From assembly GCA_045837725.1 (NCBI GenBank), contig JBEWZL010000161.1:1-63131 (forward strand): a stretch of 63,131 nt of DNA, in the 5' to 3' direction. How positions within the stretch are numbered: position 1 is the first letter of the stretch; each line of letters starts with the position of its first letter. Under the pieces are notes generated by a model. The model worked only from the letters and a program-made list of their open reading frames with translations. It did not search any database and had not been told where the DNA came from. Below, in pieces: positions 52,604 to 63,131 of this stretch. The stretch comes from Vermamoeba vermiformis. Taxonomy: Eukaryota. Position numbers and translations under genes: made by a program.

Positions 52604-53078
52604 TTTTATTGAAGAGATTACTTGGTTGTAATAATAGTAACGCTATTAATTAACGTTGTGATACATTAAATCATAATAATAAAGCATTGGAATACACCTC
52701 CTCGACGCTTGAACGAATAGACCATTAAAGTAACTACGGATTTGACCAATTTCCTTTTAATCTTCAAAAAGCGAATTTAAAAAGTAGTATATCTCCTTAT
52801 GCATGATGATTTAAGCCCGCGGCAGCTATCGAAGCTGTAAATGCAGATCTGTCATATCGTTTGATCCCTCATTCCTCTTTTAGCTTTTGAATTACTTCGG
52901 CTTTTACTTTATATGCTCTAATAATATTGAGAGCTTAGTGCATCATTCGGTTGCGTTGAGTTTGTGCTGCTTTACGAGTTTTTTTTTTGTTATTTTCATT
53001 CGATCCGACAACAGCACGCCCAGCACCGCGTATTTGTATTGTATGACAACAAGACACTATTAATATAGCGAAGATAAT

Positions 53079-55905
53079 ATGCTGGAAGTTGGACCTGTCA
53101 AGCTGAAATATTGGCAGCTCGCCTGCTTGTTGTTCTTGGGCGAGATCGCTCTAAATTATTTAATTATTCAAAAAATACCGTGTAAGTATTGCAATTATAA
53201 TAGTACTACTGTTTATAACTTTAGTCATTGCCCTAAAATTCACAAAAAATCGGAAAAAAATATCTACGGCTTGATCTGGCGTAATATTCGTTATACTAGC
53301 ATAAAAAATATCAACCACGATATTATTATTAAAATTACTTTAATTTTACGCGCATCTAGTCTGCACTGAAAACTTCGACGGAAATTTTTTCATGAAAGAT
53401 TAACGTATTAGCTAGCAACGTATTTAAAGTCTATAATGAATCCAAATAAATATAAAGCACCATAATATCAAATTTTATACTAATGATTTTGTCAGACACT
53501 GAAATTGACTGGATCGCGTACATGGAAGAAGTCGCGCCTGTTGTAGACAAGCAAAATTACGATTATAGTCAATTAGAGGGCAATACTGGTATCATAGTAT
53601 ATCCTGCTGGATTTGTTTATATTTACAGCCTTCTTTATAAGTAAGTCAAGATCCAGATCCGAAAAAAATCAAAAGTCGACTTAAATTGCTTCGAATAATA
53701 TTGTAGAGCTTAATAATATTACTCTATTAGGGTTAATATTATATTATGATGGTTTTACTAAGGAATAATTAGGCTGACGCATAATGGCAAAGACATCCGC
53801 ATGGCGCAGTATCTTTTTATGGCTTTGTACCTCGCTACTATTGCCGTATTGTTCTTCATTCACGCTAAGAGCAAGAAGGTACATATAATATTAATAGATC
53901 ATAGTGATATCAGCAATTCTAATTTTTTTAATTTTTGGCAGATCCAAAAGGCGATCTGGGTCATAATTCTGCTTTGTATCTCGCGACGAATTCATTCTAT
54001 ATTCGTATTGAGATTATTTAATGACTGTTTTGCAGTATTTTTCGTATATTTATCGATTTATTACATGCAAAAAGATAAGTGGACAATTGGATGCATGTTT
54101 TTCAGGTAAATTTTCCTTACAAGGAAATATAAATATTTGCGTATGGTGTCTAATCAATATTACTATATTTAGCATTGCAGTATCAGTCAAAATGAACATT
54201 TTATTGTTCGCGCCTGGTTTGTTCTTTTTGCTAATGAAAAGATACGGCCTTGGTGGCACGTTCTCGAGAATAACGTTGTGTGGCATAATACAAGTAAGTA
54301 TATTAAATTAATAATATGCGTATTATACTGTTAGTAACTTCAAACGAGATCCAATAATTTTTTCAATTTCGATCCGGATCCACCAAAATTTCGATTAATT
54401 GCAAAAAAATCGCGCTGTATTATACTAATCGCTTTATTATAATACATAATATTGTATTTGATATTAAGGAGCATAGTGGCGTTACTTCGTTAAGATCTGG
54501 ATTTGACAGTTATTTTTTTCAGGTCGTATTTGGCTTGCCATTTTTACTAGAGAATCCTACTGCCTATTTAAAACGATCGTTTGACTTGGGCAGAAAATTC
54601 TTCTATATTTGGACTGTCAATTGGAAGTTTTTGCCGGAAGAATTCTTCGTGAGCACTACTTGGGCAATTATTTTGTTGTTCTTGACGCTAGCTTTTTGGC
54701 TATTATTTGCAAAGAGATTATGGATCAGGTAGGTCCATAAATATATTACTATAAGTGCCCCGTTTCTCAACATTCACCTCTAAAATTTTTTAATATCACC
54801 CTTACTGTTACGGCATTGGGTGTTTAATTTTATGATAAACTATTTCAGGGCTTGCCAGATTTTTTGGTTCGTTCGGTGAAAAAGTAACCGTTACGAACCA
54901 TCAAACTTTTCCCGCTCGATCCAGCCAGTTTTTTTGCTTAGTCCGGATATCTCAACAAATCGCTTCGCTGAGTTCGGACAAGCAAACAGAAACAGCTGCA
55001 CGTGCACATTATATGTTTAATTATATATTTGCCATTTCCTTGGCTACTTGAGGTTGCTGTGACGAGTTACAGGTTTGGTCGTCCGAGACCCAAATCTGCA
55101 ATCCGCCACGCAAGCAATCAGTCAGCCACTCGCAACCACCTGGCTTGTAGTCACATAATTATATATTAATTATCCAAGCACTACCAAATTTGTTAGTGCC
55201 TGTTGAGGCACGGTAGAAACGCTTGGATCAAAAATTTGGCCGAGAAATGTATGGGCCAAGTAGGTTTTAAAAATGTTGAGATAATGGGTCTGCCGAGATA
55301 CGGGGCATTCGTAGTATAATAAGCTAATTCTAATCAATTTAATTTTTTGTAAAGGTATTTGGATCCGATCTCGTTCATGCTTAAGGCCGTTATGGACAAG
55401 AAAAAGCGTAACGAAATGCCTGATGCTGACGGTAATATTATATTATTGCTATATATTAATATTATTAATTCTTTCATTATTAGAGATTTTATTGACGATG
55501 TTTACGAGCAATTTCATTGGTATTGTTTTCTCGCGTACTTTGCACTTCCAATTCTACGTATGGTACTTCCACACTATACCATATTTATTATGGTCGATTA
55601 GAATGCCTACTGTCCTCAGGTACGAAAAATTTAAATCCGGCATCTGAAATCTGTTTCCGTCCAAAATTTCTAAAATCGAATTTTATAGGTTGATATTATT
55701 AGTAGCCATTGAATTCGTATGGAACGTGTTCCCTTCTCGTGCAGAAACATCACTCTTGTTGTTCATTTGTCATTTAATTATTTTGTTCGGGCTCTACTTG
55801 CGACCAATTTTCGTGGACAACGTGAACATGTTGAAGAAGACTGACGAGCCTAAACCAAAGAAGAAGGCAGGTCATAGTCATAGTCACCACGACCATAGCC
55901 ATTAA
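53079..55905 (+). CDS. ALG3: Dol-P-Man:Man5GlcNAc2-PP-Dol alpha-1,3-mannosyltransferase
   Basis: [66 protein letters not shown] and EFVWNVFPS. Confidence 0.96.
54749..55314. mobile_element. MITE-like non-autonomous DNA transposon in an ALG3 intron
   Basis: Left end TA|CTATAAGTGCCCCGTTTCTC versus reverse-complemented right end TA|CTACGAATGCCCCGTATCTC (18/22 identical). An extra inverted match TCTCAACATT/AATGTTGAGA lies just inside. TA on both sides and no ORF. Confidence 0.7.
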
Positions 55906-56400
55906 CAATCAAGCACAATAAAATACATTGATGCAAGTAGCAGATCTGATTGACATCTATCCAAAAATGTAGTCGAATTTATTTAGCTATGACCATCCAT
56001 TAATCACAGCATTTGTCATTAATGTACATACGTAGCAGTTGTTGTTGTAGCATGTTGTAGCAGCTACGATCTCGTAAACTTATTGACCGATCCTTCGACG
56101 GAGGTTGATGGATTCACGCGGCGAAATGTCAGTCGTTTGCCGTAGAAATTGAAAACATCTTTCAACTACCACCATCGGCGCATGTTCCTCAGATGAGCAC
56201 GAATACTAATTCGCCATCTATTGTCAGGATTACCAACACTTGCATTTAATGAATGAGCGCTTGTTTAAGAATTAAAAATTACGAGGGTTACATAGGGCAT
56301 AAGTTCAGATTAAATACAGGACTTGATATAGGGTCAAAGTAGCAACTAGAATATATGTAGCAACTTCGTTGAAGCTATGACATAGGTATAAATATTTTAT

Positions 56401-57678
56401 TTACAACGAGAACTGCACGCCGTAACTCGAGTGCAAACTATCGACTGAAAATGACTTTTCAACGCTCTTCGTGTACAAATAATACCACGTGGATTCAATC
56501 TTATCTAAGAACTTCTTTTCTTCACGGTACTTGCACACCAATTTCATACCTAGATCTGCTAGTGTGACTTCGTACCATTTTGGAGACCACGAGGACCAAT
56601 ACCTAAAAAGGAAATTTATCTTTTAACGAGAATTCTGAACCTGTTAATATCGCAGATATAAACGCCTTCTAAATATCTTGACACCGTGAAAAATGTGATG
56701 ACACTGAAAAATGTATGAGACACCCCGTGAAATTTCCTAAGACTGCATGCCAAGCGGTATATTTGTAATTATATCTACGAGCATTTTAAGTATAAACTCG
56801 TGCAAAAAATGTGACACGTGTCAATAAAACTAAGTGTTTCTTACATCGTTGTGCCGAGCCAATCTTCTTCGAGACCTTCACCAGCCTCGCCGTCAGGCAC
56901 GGTAAATAATAGCTTGCCATTAGCCTCTAATATCCTATGAATATTATAAAACAGATCCGCGTGCATTGTTCGTGGCAAATGGAACAACGAGAACAAAGCT
57001 GAAAAAAATAATTATTATTTATTTATTGCTAATTAATTATGCGTACCTAATACTGCAGCAGCTGAATGATCGGGTTTTTCTCGGCAAAATCGAAGCATTT
57101 CGCTTTGAATAAATTTGTGGCTATGTTTCGGATAGTGATCTCGCGCCAATTCTTTAAGGTTGAAAAAAAGTATTATTATCTCGTATATTATATTTAAATA
57201 TAGTCATTTTATCGTACCTAACTGGCTATCAGCAATATCTACGCCAATGTAATCGAGATTTTTCTCCTCGATCTGAAATTGACGCCAGATTAGAAATTCT
57301 GGTTCGCTAATAATATTATTTTTTCATATTATAGTATTAATATATTACTTACTTTATCGAGCACGGGGTATCCAGCTCCACAGCCCAGTTCTAAACTGTC
57401 ATTAATTACACAAGATCTGAAAAACTGCGTATTTCGCATTGGAACAACGTGCAAAGAATTAAATAGCACTTGTAATATTATAAATATAATTTCTAATAAC
57501 TTTCAGACTGGGAACTCGAGATCTTACCGAGTACTAAACCTTTCTTCGGGATCGCGTCTAAAAACATTTGAAATATTGCTAGCTGGACTAATGAATCATC
57601 TTTTTGCTGACTATATGGCAATGCTGCCTTTTGATACCCTATTCGCACTAAATCGACGAGTTCTAGTGCTGGATCCAT
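56401..57678 (-). CDS. Class I SAM-dependent methyltransferase
   Basis: Spliced motif I VLELGCGAGYP, YIGVDIADSQL, LFSLFHLPR and GKLLFTV. Confidence 0.85.
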
Positions 57679-58359
57679 TTTGTTTCAAAAAATGAATGCT
57701 GACACACGAAGCCTGCTTTATCCAATGGCACAACCGCACAACTTCATTCCCTATAATTAAGAATATAGGTCCTACCTATATGCCGTATGTAACCTGTTCA
57801 TTATCAAGGGATAAAGCTCTTTAATACTGAATCTGACGACTAGTAAGAGAAATATTAAAGCAGTGGTTGTCAAAAATTAACAAAATTATCGTACGGTAAG
57901 ATACTAGCTCTGATTAGGTCTAGCTTGTTAAGATGCGATGGAGAAAAATTAATTTTTTTGTCTGGCTTACTAATTTTAACTAGAAAAGGCGACAATTAAT
58001 TCAGAATATCAGCTTTTGTTTTAATATTACTTACAACCAATATTTTTAGTTTCGCTGCGACGCTGAAGCATGTCGTGAACTCTGGGATCGTTCGTAATAA
58101 TAATTAATGAAATTACCGTTTCCACTTTTTCGTTGTTCATTGTTTACAAAATTTGTCCAATCGAAGCCGTAATAACAGATCGAATATAACGAACTGGTTG
58201 ATGCACTACGTACTCACTGTGGAAGGGCCACCACCGCACAATCAATGCAGGCATGACGTAAGTACCACCATGCTCGTAGCTGCAGTGCGAGTGATAAGTA
58301 ACGTAGTTACTATCATTGTTGTACTTGGTAGTTTAAAATCGATGAGTTAATTTAATTGA

Positions 58360-60540
58360 AGATTGAGCACAAGATTTTATCTAAGACAACCGACTTGGAT
58401 CCAGACCTTCGGAACTCGCTCCTTCACTGTACTAATCAATAGATAATATCTTTTTCAGGTAATCATGAATACAAATGTACGAGCATCTTATTATTTATTG
58501 GTTCACATGCTGGCAGAGTTCGTGTCCGGATCTTTCGTTTTGTCAAGTTGCATCGAATCTTTGAGCGAATTCTGATATTTCATTAGCACCAATGAATAGT
58601 CATGAATATCATATTTGTAAGTATAAACATGCAAATGTATGATAGGTGAAAGAATCTGACCACCAAAATGAGTCCGGTTACTTTGTGACACGTGACAGGC
58701 AATGCACTTGCTTATTTTGCGAAAGAATTTTTCGGAAAATAAATAAACAGCGAGCACTTGATAACAGTTAAAATTTGCACAAGGATCATAAAATTCGATA
58801 TGATACTTACAAGTTCACTGAACAACACAATCATGAACCGCATCGTAACTGTATTTTGTATCGTTGTTGCCCTAGTCTCGGTGACACATGCACAAATGCC
58901 TATTTTGACAGTCAATGGCTCTTTGCCGGTATGCATTTTGACACCACATAGAAAAAAATCTTTTTCCGTAATACTGTTATTGATCCGTTGTACTTGACTA
59001 GATAGTTGAAGCTCAAATTAACACCGCAATCGACTTGCCAAGTCCGAACAGCAGCTACGCTGGAGGAACGCTCCGAGTCGTCAATGATTGGCTGGTTTCC
59101 ATTATGAATAATCCCGGTCAAATCAAAGTTCTGAAACAAAACCAGACCGGTGGATTTGACTCTTTTGCTACGTTCAACTTGCTCTCCAATTCCACGTCGT
59201 TTTATTCCGATGTTGATACGAATGGAATATGGGTCGCGACATCGTACTTTGACAAACTCGGAATAGCTCCATCGACTCTGATCATTTTCAAGGTGGAAGA
59301 TGATGGCTCAATCAGCAATACTCAGCGACCAAACATCACTGGCATCACCATCGAATTTATCCGATTTTTGTCCGACGGATCACTTGTTGGCTTCAGTTCA
59401 TATGCCCCAAATGTGGTTCCAACGCCAGCATCGATTTATCGATTTGCAATGGTCAACTCGCAATGGACGCTCGTTGGAAATTTCACGTTCAGCGAAAACT
59501 TGAAGTTTGGATCTATTTCCGGTTTGAGCCGATGGAAGCCAGTGTTTCACTTTGCCGACACTACGTTAATCGCTTTCAGTGCAGGATCTTCTAGAATTGG
59601 CAAGATAAACATCTATCAACGACTGTCGTCAGACTGGACTTGGACGCTCAACACTTCATTCAATGGCTCTTCGCGTTTGTTTATCATTGACAGCCTTGCT
59701 TGGAACGGAAACGATACCATCTTTTCGAGTGTTACAGGCTTCTTCTACACGTACATCAATACTGCAAATGATGTTTGGCAGACGTTGGCACCAACGAATG
59801 ATTCGGACGTTGGCTTAACATTCAGTAGCTTTGGCTACGACATTCTGCCTATTGGACAAGACACCGTTTTGGTCTCCGCACCACTGTTTGATCAAAAAAG
59901 CAACGAGACTGGCAGAGTCGCTGTGATTCAACGACGTCAAGGCACGTGGTCGGTTGTTGGTTTAATATCTGGCTCGATCAATCAGTACTATGTTGGCATT
60001 ACAATGAGATTGACTGACAGACGTGTGTTTTTTGACGGCGACAAAGTCGTCCACTCTGTTCCTCGTTGTCTTTTTGAACCACTCAACTACACGTGCTCTC
60101 AATATGCCCTGGTGGACTCATGCAACATGAACGACTTTGATGCAAATCAAGTGTGCACCACAACGCAATCAGATTGTGCGTCAATGATAACAACAGTTGT
60201 TCATAATTATTCCGATGTTGGTACCGACACCGTTCAAGTCGACTTCGAGATCCAAAGATTTGCTGCGGAATCCGTGTTGCAATCAGTGACTATTAGCTGC
60301 TCGTCGAGCAACCCATCAACGAATCCGAATCAACCTCAAACGGCCAACGCTCCAAGTACTGCGACTCCACGCAATAACAATGGCGTAACGAGTGCTGGTG
60401 AAATCTACCGTCCAAGCACTCTGTTGAGTCTCTGCCTCGCGATACTCGTTCACGCAAAGCTAGCGAAATAGATGTTATTTTTATTAAATACTGCAATCTT
60501 TGTATTAATTGTTCGTTTACTTACTCGTACAATAATTGCT
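58360..60540. repeat. Arm 2 of the inverted duplication (partner 22771-24920)
   Basis: Reverse-complement match to 22771-24920. Confidence 0.92.
58833..60471 (+). CDS. Secreted/GPI-anchored beta-propeller-like surface protein, copy 2
   Basis: MNRIVTVFCIVVALVSVTHAQ, with an intron at ~58929-59001 in the same position as copy 1. Long blocks are identical to copy 1. Confidence 0.85.
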
Positions 60541-60677
60541 TGCAAAATTGATCTCGCAATGATGAAAAATAAAATTACGCATGGGAGAAATCTTAACGTG
60601 ACATGTGACAGGCGTCAGCTTTGCCTATTTTCCGAAAGAATATCTCGGAAAATAAATATACCACTTAAAAGTATTAA

Positions 60678-63131
60678 AGGAGCATTCTGGCGCCCTGGTT
60701 GACGTGACCAATCAAACGGGAAAAATTGAACGGAACACCACACGAGCTTACTATTTATTTTTACTTTTCCTTTGCCTTTGTCTATTATTTCGCAGCCATG
60801 ATTTTATCCTTGCTGCATCCCACTCCGATCCAAGCTTTTTTTGGATTTCTTCGAAACTTTGGTCCGATAAAGGTGAATCCTTGTCTAAATAAGCTACTAA
60901 AAAATTGTATTCATCTTTAGTAGTGGTGCGCCGCCGCTTTGGATTCGATTTGGAATTTTCTTGCTTTTTTTCCGTTGTGGATTTATTGTCTTCTCGCTTT
61001 CGCTTGCCTGCAACCTTCGGTGTGTCATTTGCAGGAGCATTAGTCAATTTTTTCTGTTGATTAAGCTTTTTTTGGGCCTCTTTGGCTGCCTTTTCAGCTT
61101 CGCGTCGTTCTCGCTCCTGCAAGATGAAGTACTTCTTGTAGATATTTGCCATTGAAAATTCTGTGAGCTCTGCTGCATCGATTGGGTCTTTGAATATATC
61201 AAGAGCAAGCCTCTTAATAATTTGTCGCTCAAAAACGGCAAGGCCTGCATCTCTGGCCACTGGATCTTTCGCTGCGTTCCAATTTAGTGTTCCAACTGCT
61301 CGTAGTGCACTAAAATTGTCTATTTTTGAGAAATGGCAGTATTTTGGTGTGTAGACTAGACATGAATGAAAGTACGATTCAAGTTCACTAGAGTGACGCG
61401 CACGCACAAGACGGCCAGCTATCTCCTTCGGGGCACCTTTGCTGCCAAATATTCCTTTTTTCATAAACTTGTCAAGTACATCCAAGGCTTCCTTATTTGT
61501 TACGATTGTGAAAGGCACAGGATTCTTCGCATCCGCATCCAAGTCAGCCAAGTCGTCATATGAAGCCCAATTGTGGGTGGCGCATGATGCATTATTATTG
61601 TAGCTATAGCATAGTGAGTGATCGTTTTGAACATGGTTGACAAAGTTAGATAAGAGCTTCACGAATAGATCCGAGTCACCGCCACAGTGATGCAAGCAAT
61701 ACCAGGCATGCTTCTTGATGAATACTGGCTTATCCTTCAATTGGTCCCAGTAAGATTCTTTCTTCTTTGCTTCAAAGCACTTGTTTGCCTTTTTCTCTGT
61801 CTTTTCGACCCAGTGCCAGCAGTCAGTCGATAAATGCTCTATGTCAGGATGTCGCTCGCGCATCTGCTTTGGAATAGACCCATGAGCATCATATATGACC
61901 TCTTTGATTGGTATGTATTGCTTCAGATGTGCAAGACCAAGGTTGAAGCCGATAACTTCGCAATGAACGGATCGGCCAGCATCCTTGCTTGGTATGACTT
62001 CAAAGTGCAGTACTTTCTTCGTATTATAGTCCATAAATGCTTCAACACCATAACAACCATCTCTAGAAGAGTCCCATGTCATATCAGCGACTACAATTTG
62101 TGGTTCGTTGGTCGCGGCGGCTGCGCGTAACAATTCGTAAGATTCATTAATGTGGCTTTGAAAAATAAGGGGATTGATAGTTCTTTCGAGAGTAGTGTAC
62201 CATAAATCATTTGAGATCGATGGTAAGCCAAGTGTCTGGCCAAAATGAGTCCATTTTGAGTGCGTAATTCCTGACAACTGACAAGCTAACACTACTGCAG
62301 CTGCGGGAAACTGACTTGAGGAATAAGATATAGGAGCCCATTCAAAGCTAACAGCACATGTGTTGCACTTAATTTGATACTTCAAGCTGCCTTTGAAGGT
62401 AGTTTCGTGCTGGGTGTACAAGCGACCACCACATGAACAATAGCAGGCTGTAATTAATTGAGATAGTTGAGAACGCTGCACGAGTGCAAAGGAGAACTTG
62501 AATTGATTGCGAAGTTCTTCGGTTGTTGGAATAGAGTTTGGATCAACTGGTGTCGCGGGAAGCAAATCAGACAACGAAGCAGCCAGATTCAAGTTATCTA
62601 CATCTTCTGCTGGTACTGATTGACTTGAAATATATCGATCTATCAATATGGATATCAATTGCGAATTAGACTTGAGTTGTAGTTGCTCCCGAAGCGCGTA
62701 AAATCTGGGAGCGACAGATTTGCTCAATGATATCTGATTTCGCCCATTAATCGCTCTGAATTTTTTCTGTCTCTTATTTATTGCCGCCTTGCTCTCCTTG
62801 CTCACTCGGCGCATGTTAAGCGATGGATGAAGCTTCGAAGAAATAATATTTAATTTATTTTTACTTATTTTAAGTATTTGACATGCAATTATACGATTAT
62901 GTACATACTTGTATTTGTTTACTACTAAATTGGAATTATTAAACCACGGAACTACGGATTTGGATGCGAATGCGGAATGTTTTAGCTTAGTTGTTTCTAT
63001 TTTGGTGTTACAGGAGTTAAGGACGAACAAATACAATAAGATATAAGCAATATTATAATGGTGATGTGTGGTGTTCGGTAGAAAAAGATAACGAGCAAAA
63101 ATTGCGTTACCAGGTAACGCAGAATGCTCCT
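60678..63131 (-). mobile_element. Kolobok-superfamily DNA transposon, apparently complete and autonomous (2,454 bp)
   Basis: TTAA at 60674-60677, then AGGAGCATTCTG (60678-60689). Its exact reverse complement CAGAATGCTCCT is the last 12 nt of the window. AG...CT termini enclose a single transposase ORF. The second TTAA would lie beyond the window. Confidence 0.88.
60751..62814 (-). CDS. Kolobok-type DDE transposase with a C-terminal homeodomain-like module (687 aa from the first ATG)
   Basis: Intronless. N-terminal RFYALREQLQLKSNSQLISILIDRY, Cys cluster CYCSC..CNTC, catalytic candidates ADMTWDS / IYDAH / ELESYFH, a DCWH motif, H2CH-like NHVQNDH..CATH, and C-terminal KRRRTT...IKSWLRNNRQR. Confidence 0.85.
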   Translation of the reverse strand: MRRVSKESKAAINKRQKKFRAINGRNQISLSKSVAPRFYALREQLQLKSNSQLISILIDRYISSQSVPAEDVDNLNLAASLSDLLPATPVDPNSIPTTEELRNQFKFSFALVQRSQLSQLITACYCSCGGRLYTQHETTFKGSLKYQIKCNTCAVSFEWAPISYSSSQFPAAAVVLACQLSGITHSKWTHFGQTLGLPSISNDLWYTTLERTINPLIFQSHINESYELLRAAAATNEPQIVVADMTWDSSRDGCYGVEAFMDYNTKKVLHFEVIPSKDAGRSVHCEVIGFNLGLAHLKQYIPIKEVIYDAHGSIPKQMRERHPDIEHLSTDCWHWVEKTEKKANKCFEAKKKESYWDQLKDKPVFIKKHAWYCLHHCGGDSDLFVKLLSNFVNHVQNDHSLCYSYNNNASCATHNWASYDDLADLDADAKNPVPFTIVTNKEALDVLDKFMKKGIFGSKGAPKEIAGRLVRARHSSELESYFHSCLVYTPKYCHFSKIDNFSALRAVGTLNWNAAKDPVARDAGLAVFERQIIKRLALDIFKDPIDAAELTEFSMANIYKKYFILQERERREAEKAAKEAQKKLNQQKKLTNAPANDTPKVAGKRKREDNKSTTEKKQENSKSNPKRRRTTTKDEYNFLVAYLDKDSPLSDQSFEEIQKKLGSEWDAARIKSWLRNNRQRQRKSKNK

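Noticed and set aside
52801-52870. Possible C/D snoRNA (ATGATGA box C)
   Set aside because: No suitably placed CTGA box D or terminal stem was found.
57763-57783. ATATAGGT-CCT-ACCTATAT hairpin upstream of the methyltransferase
   Set aside because: Short, AT-rich and single, so it is plausibly a chance occurrence.
62815-63036. 74-aa N-terminal extension of the 761-aa ORF
   Set aside because: It starts at TTG, is AT-rich and contains a possible GTATGT...AAG 5'-UTR intron. The first ATG is at 62814.
1-63131. Whole window as one giant mobile element, or a CRISPR/prokaryotic system
   Set aside because: I found the TIR only at 60678 and 63120, not at the window start. The remaining genes are ordinary spliced eukaryotic genes, and there is no repeat-spacer array.

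Overview
Gene-dense, AT-rich, intron-rich eukaryotic DNA with short GT-AG introns. It is most likely from a free-living amoebozoan, inferred from gene content and an Acanthamoeba-like 5S rRNA; the species cannot be determined. About 25 spliced protein genes can be reconstructed. These include RWDD4, a GH113 glycosidase, EXO1, a RhoGAP, a P1B heavy-metal ATPase, ACAD10/11, WRAP53/TCAB1, a TTC14-like protein, LYRM7, cornichon, GMF, ALG3, a methyltransferase and several GPI-anchored or LRR surface proteins. The standout is the last 2,454 bp (60678-63131), an apparently complete Kolobok-type DNA transposon. It has TTAA on the visible side, perfect 12-bp AGGAGCATTCTG terminal inverted repeats and one intact DDE transposase that ends in a homeodomain-like module, with no room for a KolX gene. 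It sits in what looks like the promoter of a third copy of a duplicated surface-protein gene. Introns hide several non-coding elements: an intact 5S rRNA gene (ATPase intron), a degenerate intron-containing tRNA-Asn-like gene (ACAD intron) and a TA-flanked MITE (ALG3 intron). Two short DNA motifs, C(A/G)GATC(C/T)G and TGACACGTGTCA, recur through the non-coding DNA. All family assignments come from motif recognition by eye and no database searches were run. Multi-exon coordinates are gene spans, and internal splice sites are approximate.
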